A stretch of DNA of 64,000 nucleotides from an uncultured Clostridia bacterium. GTDB taxonomy: Bacteria > Bacillota > Clostridia > TANB77 > CAG-508. How positions within the stretch are numbered: the first letter of the stretch is position 1; each line of letters begins with the position of its first letter. The notes beneath the pieces were generated by a model that saw only the letters and a program-made list of their open reading frames with translations, did no database searches and was not told the DNA's origin. Shown here piece by piece: positions 21,472 to 31,527 of the stretch. Location: NCBI GenBank assembly GCA_944389125.1, contig CALXLF010000012.1:66794-130793 (forward strand). The letters are read 5' to 3'. The position numbers and the translations under genes are program-made.

Positions 21472-23280
21472 ATGAATACACTATTTTACTCATTTACAAT
21501 TGGAATATTACTTGCAATAATTTTAATACTTCTTATTTATTTTTTGAAGAAAATAGATAAAACACAATTACAACAAATTTTTTGTATTGATATGATTTTA
21601 ATGATTATATCTTGTGTATTTGTTTTTCTTCAAATGCAATTATCAACGCCTTTAAATATTAATCCAATTTATTTTACATATTTTTATTATATTGGAATTG
21701 TCTTTTTCCCTATTGCGCTTTATTTTACAGTTTCAATATTTATAAATATAAAAATAGAATTTAAAAAATCATATTTATTATTATTTATTATTCCTATAAT
21801 ATGTTTACTTGGATTATGGACAAATGATAGATATGGATTATTTTTCAAACATTTTGATATAAAAATAGATAATTGTGAATTTGGACCATTATTTATATTA
21901 AATGAAGTATATTCAAATATTTTATATTTATTATCAATTATAAAATTATTAAAATATTTTGGAAAAAACTCTGGCTTATATGCTGGACAACTAAATTTAT
22001 TTATTGTTGGAATAATATTTCCATTTTTACTAAATGTACTTGGAATTTTAAGAATAATAGATGTAACAATTTATATAACACCAATAGCACTTTCAGTTTC
22101 TCTAATTTGTTTTACATTAGCACTTTTCAGATTTCAACTTTTAGATACATTACCTATAGCTTTAACAAAAATTGTTGATAGAATTTCAGATGGATATATT
22201 GTTTTAAATGAAAAAAATATTATTACAGATCACAATTTTCCATTTTTACAAATTTTTGAAATTGAAAATATTGAAATAAATTCAAGACATTTATTTGATT
22301 TACTTAGTTTAGATACGTTTAGCGGCTTAGATGAGGAAACAGCAATAAGTGCTTTAAAATCTGTTAGAGATTCTAATGAAACTTTAATTTTTGAACAAGA
22401 ATTTAGTAATTTAAAAAAATATCTAAGATTTGAAATTAATTGTATTAGAAATAACAATATATTTATAGGCTCACTTATCTTAGTAAAAGATGTTACAGAA
22501 CATCATGTAGATTTGGAAATTATAAAATCAAATCAAAATATGCTTATCGAAAGAGAACGTTTAGCATCTTTAGGGCAATTAATAGGTGGAGTTGCACATA
22601 ATTTAAAAACACCTATATTCTCAATAAGTGGTGCTGCTGAAGGAATAAATGATTTAATAGAAGAATATAAATCATCTATAACTGATAAGACAGTTACTGT
22701 ACAAGATCATCTAGAAATTGCACATGATATGTCAGTTTGGGTAGACAAAATTAAAGAATACTTAGAATATATGACAGATGTTGTAAATGCGATTAGAGGT
22801 CAAGCTGCATCTTTTACAGATAATACTTATGAAACATTTACTATTGATGAACTTATTAAAAAAGTAAATATTTTAATGAAACATGAACTTCAACAAGCTC
22901 TTGTTACTTTAAATATTACATATAATTTAACTAAAGAGATAAAATTACAAGGAAATATTAATAGTTTAATACAAATAATTAATAATTTAATTTCAAATGC
23001 TATTCAATCATATGAAGGACAACCTAATAAAACTATTGATATGAATATTTCAAATACAGAGAAAAACTTAAAAATCACAATAACTGATTATGGAACTGGT
23101 GTTGCACCAGAAGTAAAAGATAAACTTTTTAAAGAGATAATAACAACAAAAGGAAAAAATGGAACTGGACTTGGACTTTTCATTTCATATTCAAATTTAA
23201 AAACACAATTTAATGGTGACTTAAAATTTGAGTCTGAACCTGGAAAAGGTTCAACTTTTGAAATAATATTACCTATTTAG
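21472..23280 (+). CDS. Second, paralogous 7TM-PAS sensor histidine kinase
   Basis: Same architecture and near-identical core boxes as the first kinase (LASLGQLIGGVAHNLKTPI; NNLISNAIQS; GTGLGL). The ATG at 21472 is preferred over the track start at 21460 because AAGGAG lies upstream. Confidence 0.85.
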   Translation: MNTLFYSFTIGILLAIILILLIYFLKKIDKTQLQQIFCIDMILMIISCVFVFLQMQLSTPLNINPIYFTYFYYIGIVFFPIALYFTVSIFINIKIEFKKSYLLLFIIPIICLLGLWTNDRYGLFFKHFDIKIDNCEFGPLFILNEVYSNILYLLSIIKLLKYFGKNSGLYAGQLNLFIVGIIFPFLLNVLGILRIIDVTIYITPIALSVSLICFTLALFRFQLLDTLPIALTKIVDRISDGYIVLNEKNIITDHNFPFLQIFEIENIEINSRHLFDLLSLDTFSGLDEETAISALKSVRDSNETLIFEQEFSNLKKYLRFEINCIRNNNIFIGSLILVKDVTEHHVDLEIIKSNQNMLIERERLASLGQLIGGVAHNLKTPIFSISGAAEGINDLIEEYKSSITDKTVTVQDHLEIAHDMSVWVDKIKEYLEYMTDVVNAIRGQAASFTDNTYETFTIDELIKKVNILMKHELQQALVTLNITYNLTKEIKLQGNINSLIQIINNLISNAIQSYEGQPNKTIDMNISNTEKNLKITITDYGTGVAPEVKDKLFKEIITTKGKNGTGLGLFISYSNLKTQFNGDLKFESEPGKGSTFEIILPI

Positions 23281-23299
23281 AATTTAGAGGAGGTCTAAA

Positions 23300-24355
23300 A
23301 TGCGTCATTCAGAACAAAACGTAGAACAAAAGCCTTATAAAATTATCGCAGTTGATGATGAACGTGGAATTATTGATTCACTTTCTGTATTTTTGAAACG
23401 TTCTGGATATCAACTAACAGGAATAACTGATCCAATAGAGGCAATAGAAAGAGTAAGAAATGAACATTTTGATTTAATGCTTCTTGACTTTATTATGACT
23501 CCAATTCATGGAGATAAAGTTGTAGAAGAAATTAGAAAATTTAACCAAAGTTTATACATATTGTTACTAACTGGACATAAAGATTTAGCTCCACCCCTTG
23601 AAACTATAAGAAAATTACAAATTCAAGGATATTGTGAAAAAAGTGATAAATTTGATCAATTGTTATTGTTAATCGAATCTGCAATAAAATCAATTGAACA
23701 AATGAGAATCATAAATAAAATAAATGAAGAGCTTAAACAATCTAAAGAAGACTTAGAAAAAGCATATTTAGAAAGTATTCAAACTTTAAGATATACTGTT
23801 GAAGCAAAAGATCCATATACTAGAGGACATTCTGATAGAGTCTCAGCATATTCAGTCTTAATTGGAAAATACATGAATTTACCTCCAGAGGATTTAAAAA
23901 CACTTGAAATTGGTGGACTTTTCCATGATATAGGAAAAATCGGTGTTCCAGATACAATTCTACTTAAAGATTCTAAATTAACAGATGAAGAATATAGTGA
24001 GATAAAAAATCACCCTGCAATTGGAAAACATATTCTTTCAAATGCAACAATATTTAAAGATGTACTTCCTATTGTTTATCATCATCATGAAAGATATGAT
24101 GGTCATGGATATCCTGGAAAACTAAAAGGTGAAGAAATTCCATTTTTAGCAAGAATAACAGCTGTTGCAGATACTTTTGATGCAATGACATCAAGACGTT
24201 CTTATAGAGATGCGCTTCCTTTAGAAAAAGTAAGAGCTGAAATAGAAAAATGTTCAGGAACCCAATTTGATCCAAAAATTGCAAAAGTTTTCCTAGATAT
24301 TTTAGATAATCATTATGATGAAATATTAGCTATACAAACCAAATATAATTCATAA
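23300..24355 (+). CDS. Response regulator with receiver and HD-GYP domains (RpfG-type c-di-GMP phosphodiesterase family)
   Basis: Receiver motifs DDERG and the phospho-acceptor context LMLLDFIM. HD-GYP motifs HDIGKIGVPD and HHERYDGHGYPGKL. The RBS GAGGAGG lies 19 nt after the kinase stop. Confidence 0.9.
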   Translation: MRHSEQNVEQKPYKIIAVDDERGIIDSLSVFLKRSGYQLTGITDPIEAIERVRNEHFDLMLLDFIMTPIHGDKVVEEIRKFNQSLYILLLTGHKDLAPPLETIRKLQIQGYCEKSDKFDQLLLLIESAIKSIEQMRIINKINEELKQSKEDLEKAYLESIQTLRYTVEAKDPYTRGHSDRVSAYSVLIGKYMNLPPEDLKTLEIGGLFHDIGKIGVPDTILLKDSKLTDEEYSEIKNHPAIGKHILSNATIFKDVLPIVYHHHERYDGHGYPGKLKGEEIPFLARITAVADTFDAMTSRRSYRDALPLEKVRAEIEKCSGTQFDPKIAKVFLDILDNHYDEILAIQTKYNS

Positions 24356-24366
24356 GGAGGTTAATC

Positions 24367-25161
24367 ATGACAATCCAAGAAATAAAAAAATCAGCTAAAC
24401 TTAATTTAAAAGGATGTTACATTAAAACAGCTTCTTCAAGCTTACTTTATTTTATAATAATTATGGTATTAACTTATCTTTTAAATATAATAAGTCTAAA
24501 ACTTGAAAATCATACTGCTATTTTAACAATAATACAAGCAATTTTTGGAATAATTTCATTAGTTTTATCTTATGGACTTATATCAAATGTATTAGCATTA
24601 TCCCAAGGAGAAACTAAATCAATTACAAAATTTGTTGATAATACAATTTTAAATTTTGGAAATTATATAAAAATTATCCTTCAAGTTTTAATAAGAGTGT
24701 TTATTCCACTATTTATATTTTTCCTTTGTATATTTTATTTTATTGGAACTTTTATTGCTAGTGTTAATAATACAAATTTTCTTTGCTTTTATGCTGATTT
24801 ATTACCTTTAGCAATTGCACTTTGCATAATAGGATTTTGCGTTTTTATATATTTTCTTTTAAAATATGTACTTACAGCTTATATTTATAACTCTAATAAA
24901 AAATTAACTTCAAAAGAGGTTGTTCAAAAATCAGCTGAACTTATGAAAGGTCAAAAATTGAATTATATTTGTTTAATATTATCATTCTTTGGTTGGATTT
25001 TATTAACAGCATTAATTCTATATATTTTAAGTTACTTTGTGGATGCAGCTTGGCTTACACCAGTAGTTATAGTATTCTATACATTACTTAGACCTTATAT
25101 AATAGAAAGCGAATCAATATTTTTTGAGAGCTTAGGAGATAAAGAGGAAGAAAAAAAATAG
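24367..25161 (+). CDS. DUF975-like integral membrane protein
   Basis: 264 aa. The N-terminus IQEIKKSAKLNLKGCY... is typical of DUF975 (from memory). About 5-6 TM helices. RBS AAGGAGG. Confidence 0.55.
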   Translation: MTIQEIKKSAKLNLKGCYIKTASSSLLYFIIIMVLTYLLNIISLKLENHTAILTIIQAIFGIISLVLSYGLISNVLALSQGETKSITKFVDNTILNFGNYIKIILQVLIRVFIPLFIFFLCIFYFIGTFIASVNNTNFLCFYADLLPLAIALCIIGFCVFIYFLLKYVLTAYIYNSNKKLTSKEVVQKSAELMKGQKLNYICLILSFFGWILLTALILYILSYFVDAAWLTPVVIVFYTLLRPYIIESESIFFESLGDKEEEKK

Positions 25162-25181
25162 ATGTGGAATTTACCACATCT
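25160..25181. terminator. Bidirectional hairpin between convergent genes (DUF975-like and tex)
   Basis: AGATGTGG-AATTTA-CCACATCT, with T-rich sequence on the plus side and an A-run on the other side (U-run for the minus transcript). Confidence 0.55.
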
Positions 25182-25187
25182 TTATTT

Positions 25188-27338
25188 TTATACTTTCATG
25201 GATAATGAAACTTTATGTTTTTCATTATCTATTTTTATAACTTTAACTTTTACAATATCTCCTACTGATACAATTTCAGATGGATTTTTTACATATCTTT
25301 CTGACATTTCTGAAATATGTACTAAACCATCATATTTTACTCCAATATCTACAAATGCTCCAAAATCTATTACATTTCTCACTGTTCCATTTAGTACCAT
25401 TCCTTCTGCTAAATCTTCAAATTTTAAAACATCACTTCTTAAAATTGGTTTTGGCATAGATTCTCTTGGATCTCTTCCTGGTTTTGAAATTTCTTCTATA
25501 ATATCTTTTAAAGTAAGTGGCCCTACTCCTAATTCTGTTGACATTTTTTCAACATTTACTGTTTTTAAAACTTCTCTTAATTCATTTAATTTTTCTTTTT
25601 CCAAAATGTCATCCACAGAATATCCAAGTTTTGTTAATAACTCTCTAGCTACATCATAACTTTCTGGGTGAACAGCTGTAACTTCTAATGGATTTTTTCC
25701 ACCAAAAATTCTAATAAATCCTGCACATTGTTTATATGCTGTAGGTCCTAATTTAGATACTTTTAAAAGTTCTTTTCTTTCTTTTAATTCACCATGCTCA
25801 TCTCTGTATTTAACAATATTTTTTGCAATTGTTCCATTAATTCCTGATACATAAGATAAAAGCGAAGGTGTTGCAGTATTTACATCAACTCCAACAGAGT
25901 TTACTGCATCTTCAACAACTCCTGTTATTGATTCATTCAATCTTTTTTGATCAACATCATGTTGATATTGTCCAACTCCTATTGATTTAGGATCAATTTT
26001 AACAAGCTCAGATAAAGGATCTTGAAGTCTTCTTGCAATTGAAATTGCTCCTCTTAATGAAACATTTATATCTGGATATTCTTCACTTGCAAGCTTTGAA
26101 GCTGAATATACAGATGCGCCTGCTTCACTTACAATTGCATAATAAACTTCTTTATCAATTTCTTTTAACATATCAGAAACAAATATCTCTGATTCACGTG
26201 AGGCTGTTCCATTTCCTATTGAAATCATATTTACGTCATATTTATTTATTAACTCTTTTAAAACCTTTTTTGCCCCTTCTACATCATTTTGTGGCTCTGT
26301 TGGATATACAGTAGTAGTTGCTAAAACTTTCCCAGTCTTATCAATTACTGCTATCTTACAACCAGTTCTATAAGCTGGGTCAAATCCCATAACAACAATA
26401 TCTTTTATAGGTGGTTGCATTAATAATTGTTTTGCATTTTTTCCAAAAACTTTTATAGCCTTTTCTTCTGCTTTTTCTGTTAAATCATTTCTTATTTCTC
26501 TTTCAATTGAAGGAGCAATTAATCTTTTATATGAATCTTGTATAGTTCTTTCTAAAAGACTCGCAAACTGACTTTTATGATCTAAAATAATTTGTTTTTC
26601 TAAATAATTTAAAATCTTTTCATCAGGAGTTTCTAATTTTACTTTTAAAAACTTTTCCTTTTCTCCCCTATTTATTGCTAAAATTCTATGACTTGGCATT
26701 CTTAAAATAGACTCACTATAATCATAATACATCTCATAAGGAGAGGTTTCTTCTTTAGCTTGTTTTGTTTTTATTACAGCTTCTCTAAAATCAAATGATT
26801 TTATCTTTTTCCTATAATCTGCATCATCTGCTATATTTTCAGCTATTATATCTAACGCTCCATCAATTGCATCTTCTACAGTTTCTACACCTTTTTCTTT
26901 GTCAATATATTCTTTAGCAACTTCGTTAATATCCCTTTTTTCCTTTTGTAAATATATAATCTGACTTAAAGGTTCTAATCCTTTTTCTTTAGCAATTGTT
27001 GCTCTAGTTCTTTTCTTTGGCCTAAATGGTCTGTAAATATCTTCAAGTTCTGATAATACCATAGTTCCAGCTATTTTTATTGTTAATTCATCTGTTAATT
27101 TTCCTTGTTCATCAATTAATCTTATAATTTCTTCTTTTCTTGCTTCTAAGTTTCTTAAATATTTAAGTCTTTCTTCTAAATTTCTTAAAACTTCATCACT
27201 TAAATTTCCTGTTGCCTCTTTTCTATAACGAGCAATAAATGGAATAGTATTTCCTTCATCTATTAATTTTACTGCTGCTTCAACTTGTGACTCTCTAATA
27301 TTTAATTCATCTGCAATTTTTTTATAAATTTTGTCCAT
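25188..27338 (-). CDS. tex: Tex-like transcription accessory protein (YqgF-like, HhH and C-terminal S1 RNA-binding domains)
   Basis: 716 aa. The N-terminus ...ESQVEAAVKLIDEGNTIPFIARYRKEATG is characteristic of Tex. The C-terminal S1 domain is GMVLNGTVRNVIDFGAFVDIGVKYDGLVHISE. Confidence 0.9.
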   Translation of the reverse strand: MDKIYKKIADELNIRESQVEAAVKLIDEGNTIPFIARYRKEATGNLSDEVLRNLEERLKYLRNLEARKEEIIRLIDEQGKLTDELTIKIAGTMVLSELEDIYRPFRPKKRTRATIAKEKGLEPLSQIIYLQKEKRDINEVAKEYIDKEKGVETVEDAIDGALDIIAENIADDADYRKKIKSFDFREAVIKTKQAKEETSPYEMYYDYSESILRMPSHRILAINRGEKEKFLKVKLETPDEKILNYLEKQIILDHKSQFASLLERTIQDSYKRLIAPSIEREIRNDLTEKAEEKAIKVFGKNAKQLLMQPPIKDIVVMGFDPAYRTGCKIAVIDKTGKVLATTTVYPTEPQNDVEGAKKVLKELINKYDVNMISIGNGTASRESEIFVSDMLKEIDKEVYYAIVSEAGASVYSASKLASEEYPDINVSLRGAISIARRLQDPLSELVKIDPKSIGVGQYQHDVDQKRLNESITGVVEDAVNSVGVDVNTATPSLLSYVSGINGTIAKNIVKYRDEHGELKERKELLKVSKLGPTAYKQCAGFIRIFGGKNPLEVTAVHPESYDVARELLTKLGYSVDDILEKEKLNELREVLKTVNVEKMSTELGVGPLTLKDIIEEISKPGRDPRESMPKPILRSDVLKFEDLAEGMVLNGTVRNVIDFGAFVDIGVKYDGLVHISEMSERYVKNPSEIVSVGDIVKVKVIKIDNEKHKVSLSMKV

Positions 27339-27408
27339 TTCTTTTTCCTTTCGTAAATTTAAGCAGGTCTATCTAAATATACCTGCTTTATTTTAGTATA
27401 TATTTATT

Positions 27409-29004
27409 TCAAATGTTTTTATTTATTTCATCTAAATACTCATCATAAGTACATTCACGTACTACAATATCTTTTCCATCTTTTAAATCTATTATTTTAT
27501 TTGCAACAGTTTGAGTTAATTGATGGTCATGAGATGTAAATAGTAAAATTCCTGGAAATCTTTGTAAACCTTCATTTAAAGCAGTTATACTTTCCATATC
27601 TAAATGGTTTGTTGGTTCATCAAAAATTAGTAAATTTGCTCCTGAAAGCATTAATTTTGCTAAAACACATCTTACTTTTTCTCCACCAGATAAAACTGTA
27701 ACATCTTTTAAAGCTTCATCCCCTGAGAATAACATTCTCCCCAAAAATCCTCTAACATATGTTTCATCAGGATCTTTTGAATACTGACGAAGCCAATCAA
27801 CTAATTTCATATGTTCTTGGAATAAGTAATTATTATCTTTTGGAAAATAATCTTTAGTTATTGTTACTCCATAATTTACTTCACCTGAATCTGGTTCTAC
27901 TTCACCTGCTAAAATTTGGAATAATACTGTTTTAGCAATTTCATTATCTGCTAAAAATGCAACTTTCTCATCTCTTTTTATAGTAAACGAAACATTATCT
28001 AGCAATTTTTCGCCATTTACAGTTTTAGTTAAATTCTTAACTTCTAATATATCTTTTCCATATTCTCTATCCGGTTTAAAATCTATATATGGATATTTTC
28101 TATTTGATGGTTTTATCTCATCTAATTCAATTTTTTCAAGAGATTTTTTTCTTGATGTTGCTTGTTTTGATTTTGAAGCATTTGCACTAAACCTTGCGAT
28201 AAAGTCTTGTAATTCTTTGATTTTCTCTTCTTTTTTCTTATTTGCTTCTTTCATTTGTTTTAATGCTAATTGGCTTGACTCATACCAAAAATCATAATTT
28301 CCTGGATAAACTTTTATTTTTCCAAAATCAACATCAGCAATATGTGTACAAACTTTGTTTAAGAAATATCTATCATGTGAAACTACTATTACAGTGTTTT
28401 CAAAATCTATTAAAAAGTCTTGTAACCAGTTTATTGCTTTCATATCTAAGTCGTTTGTAGGCTCATCTAATAGTAAAACATCTGGATTTCCAAATAAAGC
28501 TTGAGCTAGCAAAACTTTTACTTTATCTTTTGCTTCTATTTCACTCATATATTTATAGTGAAGTTCTGTATCTATTCCTAAATCATTTAAAAGTTTAGCA
28601 GCATCGGATTCAGCATTCCATCCATCTAATTCTGCAAATCTCTCTTCTAATTTAGCAGCTTTTAATCCATCTTCTTCTGAAAAATCTGGTTTAGAATAAA
28701 TTTTATCTTTTTCTTTCATGATTCTGTAAAGTTCAGAATTTCCCATAATAACAGTGTCTAAAACTGTATATCCTTCAAAAGCAAAGTGATCCTGTTTTAA
28801 AACTGAAAGTCTTTCTCCTTTATCTAAAATTACTTCACCTTTACTTGGTTCAATTTCTTTTGAAAGCACTTTTAAAAATGTTGATTTACCAGCACCATTT
28901 GCACCAATTAAACCATAGCAATTTCCTTTTGTAAATTTAATATTAACATCCTCAAATAAGACTCTTTTTCCAAAACGTACTGTAACACCGTTTGCAACTA
29001 ACAT
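27409..29004 (-). CDS. ABC-F family ATPase with two ABC cassettes and no TMD (YbiT-like)
   Basis: Two Walker A or equivalent sites (GANGAGKST), signature LSGGEKVR, and Walker B motifs LLLDEPTNDLD and LIFDEPTNHLD. At 531 aa it is collinear with E. coli YbiT as I recall it. Confidence 0.9.
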   Translation of the reverse strand: MLVANGVTVRFGKRVLFEDVNIKFTKGNCYGLIGANGAGKSTFLKVLSKEIEPSKGEVILDKGERLSVLKQDHFAFEGYTVLDTVIMGNSELYRIMKEKDKIYSKPDFSEEDGLKAAKLEERFAELDGWNAESDAAKLLNDLGIDTELHYKYMSEIEAKDKVKVLLAQALFGNPDVLLLDEPTNDLDMKAINWLQDFLIDFENTVIVVSHDRYFLNKVCTHIADVDFGKIKVYPGNYDFWYESSQLALKQMKEANKKKEEKIKELQDFIARFSANASKSKQATSRKKSLEKIELDEIKPSNRKYPYIDFKPDREYGKDILEVKNLTKTVNGEKLLDNVSFTIKRDEKVAFLADNEIAKTVLFQILAGEVEPDSGEVNYGVTITKDYFPKDNNYLFQEHMKLVDWLRQYSKDPDETYVRGFLGRMLFSGDEALKDVTVLSGGEKVRCVLAKLMLSGANLLIFDEPTNHLDMESITALNEGLQRFPGILLFTSHDHQLTQTVANKIIDLKDGKDIVVRECTYDEYLDEINKNI

Positions 29005-29036
29005 TTGACTTTTCTCCTTTCTAGTCTGTACTTGTA

Positions 29037-31364
29037 TTATGGTAAGATTTCTAATCCTGCAAATCTTGCCATTAAACGTTTATGTCCTACTTTTTCAAAA
29101 TCTATATCTACTTTTAAATCTTCTCCTTCAGCTTCAACTTTAGAAATTACACCATTTCCAAATTTTTTATGAAAAACTTTTACTCCAGCTTCATATTTAG
29201 ATAAATCAACATTATCATTTGTTGATTTTTTATTTAATGATTGTAAGAAACTATCTGCACTTCTAAATTGAAACCCAGAAGTTGATCTTGGTACACTTCC
29301 TGCATCTGCTGATTTATAGCTTGTAACAGGAGAGCTATAATAACTATTTTCTGAACTTCTTCCATATTTCCACTCTAATCTTGATTCAGAGTATTTATCT
29401 TCTTTATCCCAACTTGACTCGCGAGTAGCAAAAGCCTCTTCTGCTCCATCTAACATATCAGTTGGAATTTCTTTTAAAAATCTAGATGGACTATTATGAC
29501 TTGTTGAACCAAAAATAGTTCTCTGCTCACTACATGTTAAGAATAATTTTTCTTTTGCTCTAGTTATTCCAACATATGCAAGTCTTCTTTCTTCTTCTAG
29601 TTCTTTAGGTTCAGAAATTGTTTTATATCCAGGGAAAATTCCTTCTTCCATTCCCACTAAAAATACAACTGGAAATTCTAATCCTTTTGCACTATGTAAA
29701 GTCATCAAAGTAACTGTTTCATCACTATCTTCAAGATTATCAATATCTGAACTTAAAGTTATTCCCTCTAAGAAATCTTCTAATGTATTTTCTGCCATCT
29801 CATCTTCAAATTCAATAGCCATAGTTAAAAACTCATCTAAGTTTTGAATTCTTGTTTCAGCTTCGACTGTATTTTCTCTTTCTAAGCTTGTCAAATATCC
29901 AGTTTTTTGAAGAGTTTGTTTAATTAAATCTGATATTTTCAAACTGTCTTTTTTATTTTGCAATTCTTCAATTGTTGCAACAAATTCTTGAGTATTTGCA
30001 TAAACTCTATTTAGTCCAAATTCTGCTGCTCTTTTAATAGTTTCAAACATTGAAATACCTTCTGAATCAGCAATTGCTTCAACATTTGCTAAACTTGTAT
30101 TTCCAACTCCTCTTTTAGGTTCATTTATAATTCTAGTTAAACTTAAATTATCATTTGGATTTTGTATTAATCTTAAATAAGCAATAATATCTTTTATTTC
30201 TTTTCTTTCAAGGAATTTTAAACCTCCTATAACTTTATATGGAATTTGCTCTCTAGTTAAAACTTGCTCTATAACACGAGATTGTGAGTTCATTCTATAT
30301 AAAATAGCGAAATCTGAATATTTATAATATTCTATACTTTTTAAACTTTCAATTTTTCTTGCAACAAAATTTGCTTCATCGTATTCATTTTCTGCTCTAT
30401 AAACAAAAGGCTTATCTCCTTCTTCATTTCTTGTCCAAAGCTTTTTTGCATATTTAGTTTCATTATTTTTTATAACAGCATTTGCTGCATTTAGAATACT
30501 TCCTGTGCATCTATAATTTTGCTCTAATTTAATAATTTTAGTACCTGGAAAATCTTTTTCAAAATTTAAAATATTTGAAATATCTGCACCTCTAAATGAA
30601 TAAATTCCTTGGTCATTATCACCTACAACTGTTATATTTCCATATTTTGACGCAAATAAAGTAACTAAAGTAAATTGAGCTTTGTTAGTATCCTGATACT
30701 CATCTACTAAAACATATTTAAATTTTTCTGAATAATACTCTAATACATCTGGATTTTCCATTAAAATTTTTATTGTAAAATTAATAATATCATCAAAATC
30801 AATTGCATTATTTTCATGTAATCTTTTTTGATAAATTTTATATACCTCTGCTATCTCTTCTTTTCTAAAGTCTCCTTTAGATTTTGCAGCATATTGGTCA
30901 GGCTCTAGCATTTCATTTTTAGCATTGCTAATCTCATACCCAACTGATTTATCTGTAAAAATTTTATCATCTAAATTCATAGATTTAAGAATTTGTTTTA
31001 TTAAAGTTTTTTGATCTGATGTATCAAAAATTACAAATGAAGATGTAAAACCTATTCTATCTATAAATTTTCTTAAAATTCTTACACAAATTGAATGAAA
31101 TGTTCCAATCCACATATCTGTTGCAATATCACCTATTAAGTTTTGGACTCTTTCTTTCATCTCATTTGCTGCTTTATTTGTAAATGTTATTGCCAAAATA
31201 TTCCATGGCTTTACATTTTTTTCTTCTATTAAATAAGCTATTTTATGTGTTAAAACTTTAGTTTTACCACTTCCAGCTCCAGCAATTACTAAATAAGGAC
31301 CTTCTGTTCCTGTAACTGCTTCATATTGTTTTTCATTTAATTCATCTAATAATCCCATTTTCAA
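29037..31364 (-). CDS. pcrA: ATP-dependent DNA helicase PcrA (UvrD family, SF1)
   Basis: Motifs AGAGSGKT, DEYQDTN, VGDNDQGIYSFRGA, TLHSAKGLEF and YVGITRAK. 775 aa. Confidence 0.9.
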   Translation of the reverse strand: MKMGLLDELNEKQYEAVTGTEGPYLVIAGAGSGKTKVLTHKIAYLIEEKNVKPWNILAITFTNKAANEMKERVQNLIGDIATDMWIGTFHSICVRILRKFIDRIGFTSSFVIFDTSDQKTLIKQILKSMNLDDKIFTDKSVGYEISNAKNEMLEPDQYAAKSKGDFRKEEIAEVYKIYQKRLHENNAIDFDDIINFTIKILMENPDVLEYYSEKFKYVLVDEYQDTNKAQFTLVTLFASKYGNITVVGDNDQGIYSFRGADISNILNFEKDFPGTKIIKLEQNYRCTGSILNAANAVIKNNETKYAKKLWTRNEEGDKPFVYRAENEYDEANFVARKIESLKSIEYYKYSDFAILYRMNSQSRVIEQVLTREQIPYKVIGGLKFLERKEIKDIIAYLRLIQNPNDNLSLTRIINEPKRGVGNTSLANVEAIADSEGISMFETIKRAAEFGLNRVYANTQEFVATIEELQNKKDSLKISDLIKQTLQKTGYLTSLERENTVEAETRIQNLDEFLTMAIEFEDEMAENTLEDFLEGITLSSDIDNLEDSDETVTLMTLHSAKGLEFPVVFLVGMEEGIFPGYKTISEPKELEEERRLAYVGITRAKEKLFLTCSEQRTIFGSTSHNSPSRFLKEIPTDMLDGAEEAFATRESSWDKEDKYSESRLEWKYGRSSENSYYSSPVTSYKSADAGSVPRSTSGFQFRSADSFLQSLNKKSTNDNVDLSKYEAGVKVFHKKFGNGVISKVEAEGEDLKVDIDFEKVGHKRLMARFAGLEILP

Positions 31365-31492
31365 TCCTTTCGTAGTTCAACACAAAAATAATAGAAAGTT
31401 CTTTACTTTCTATTTATATGAACTATTGTTTGATTATTATATAATACTTTTCACCTTAAGTCAATCAAAAAATATGAGTTTTTTTTAAAATT

Positions 31493-31521
31493 AAGAGAGT
31501 ATTTTTTTCAAATACTCTCTT
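31493..31521 (-). terminator. Hairpin immediately 3' of the surface-protein operon
   Basis: 12-bp stem AAGAGAGTATTT (31493..31504) / AAATACTCTCTT (31510..31521), 6 nt below the stop at 31528. Confidence 0.5.
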
Positions 31522-31527
31522 TAATTT

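Noticed and set aside
25162-25659. Plus-strand 165-aa ORF
   Set aside because: It is antisense to the S1-domain end of tex. The sequence is Ser/Thr/Phe-rich low complexity with no RBS, and the start sits inside the bidirectional terminator.
27361-27390. Hairpin AAGCAGGT...ACCTGCTT between the ABC-F gene and tex, as a terminator
   Set aside because: The U-run is on the plus-strand side, while both flanking genes are on the minus strand. The orientation does not fit a simple terminator, so the call is left open.
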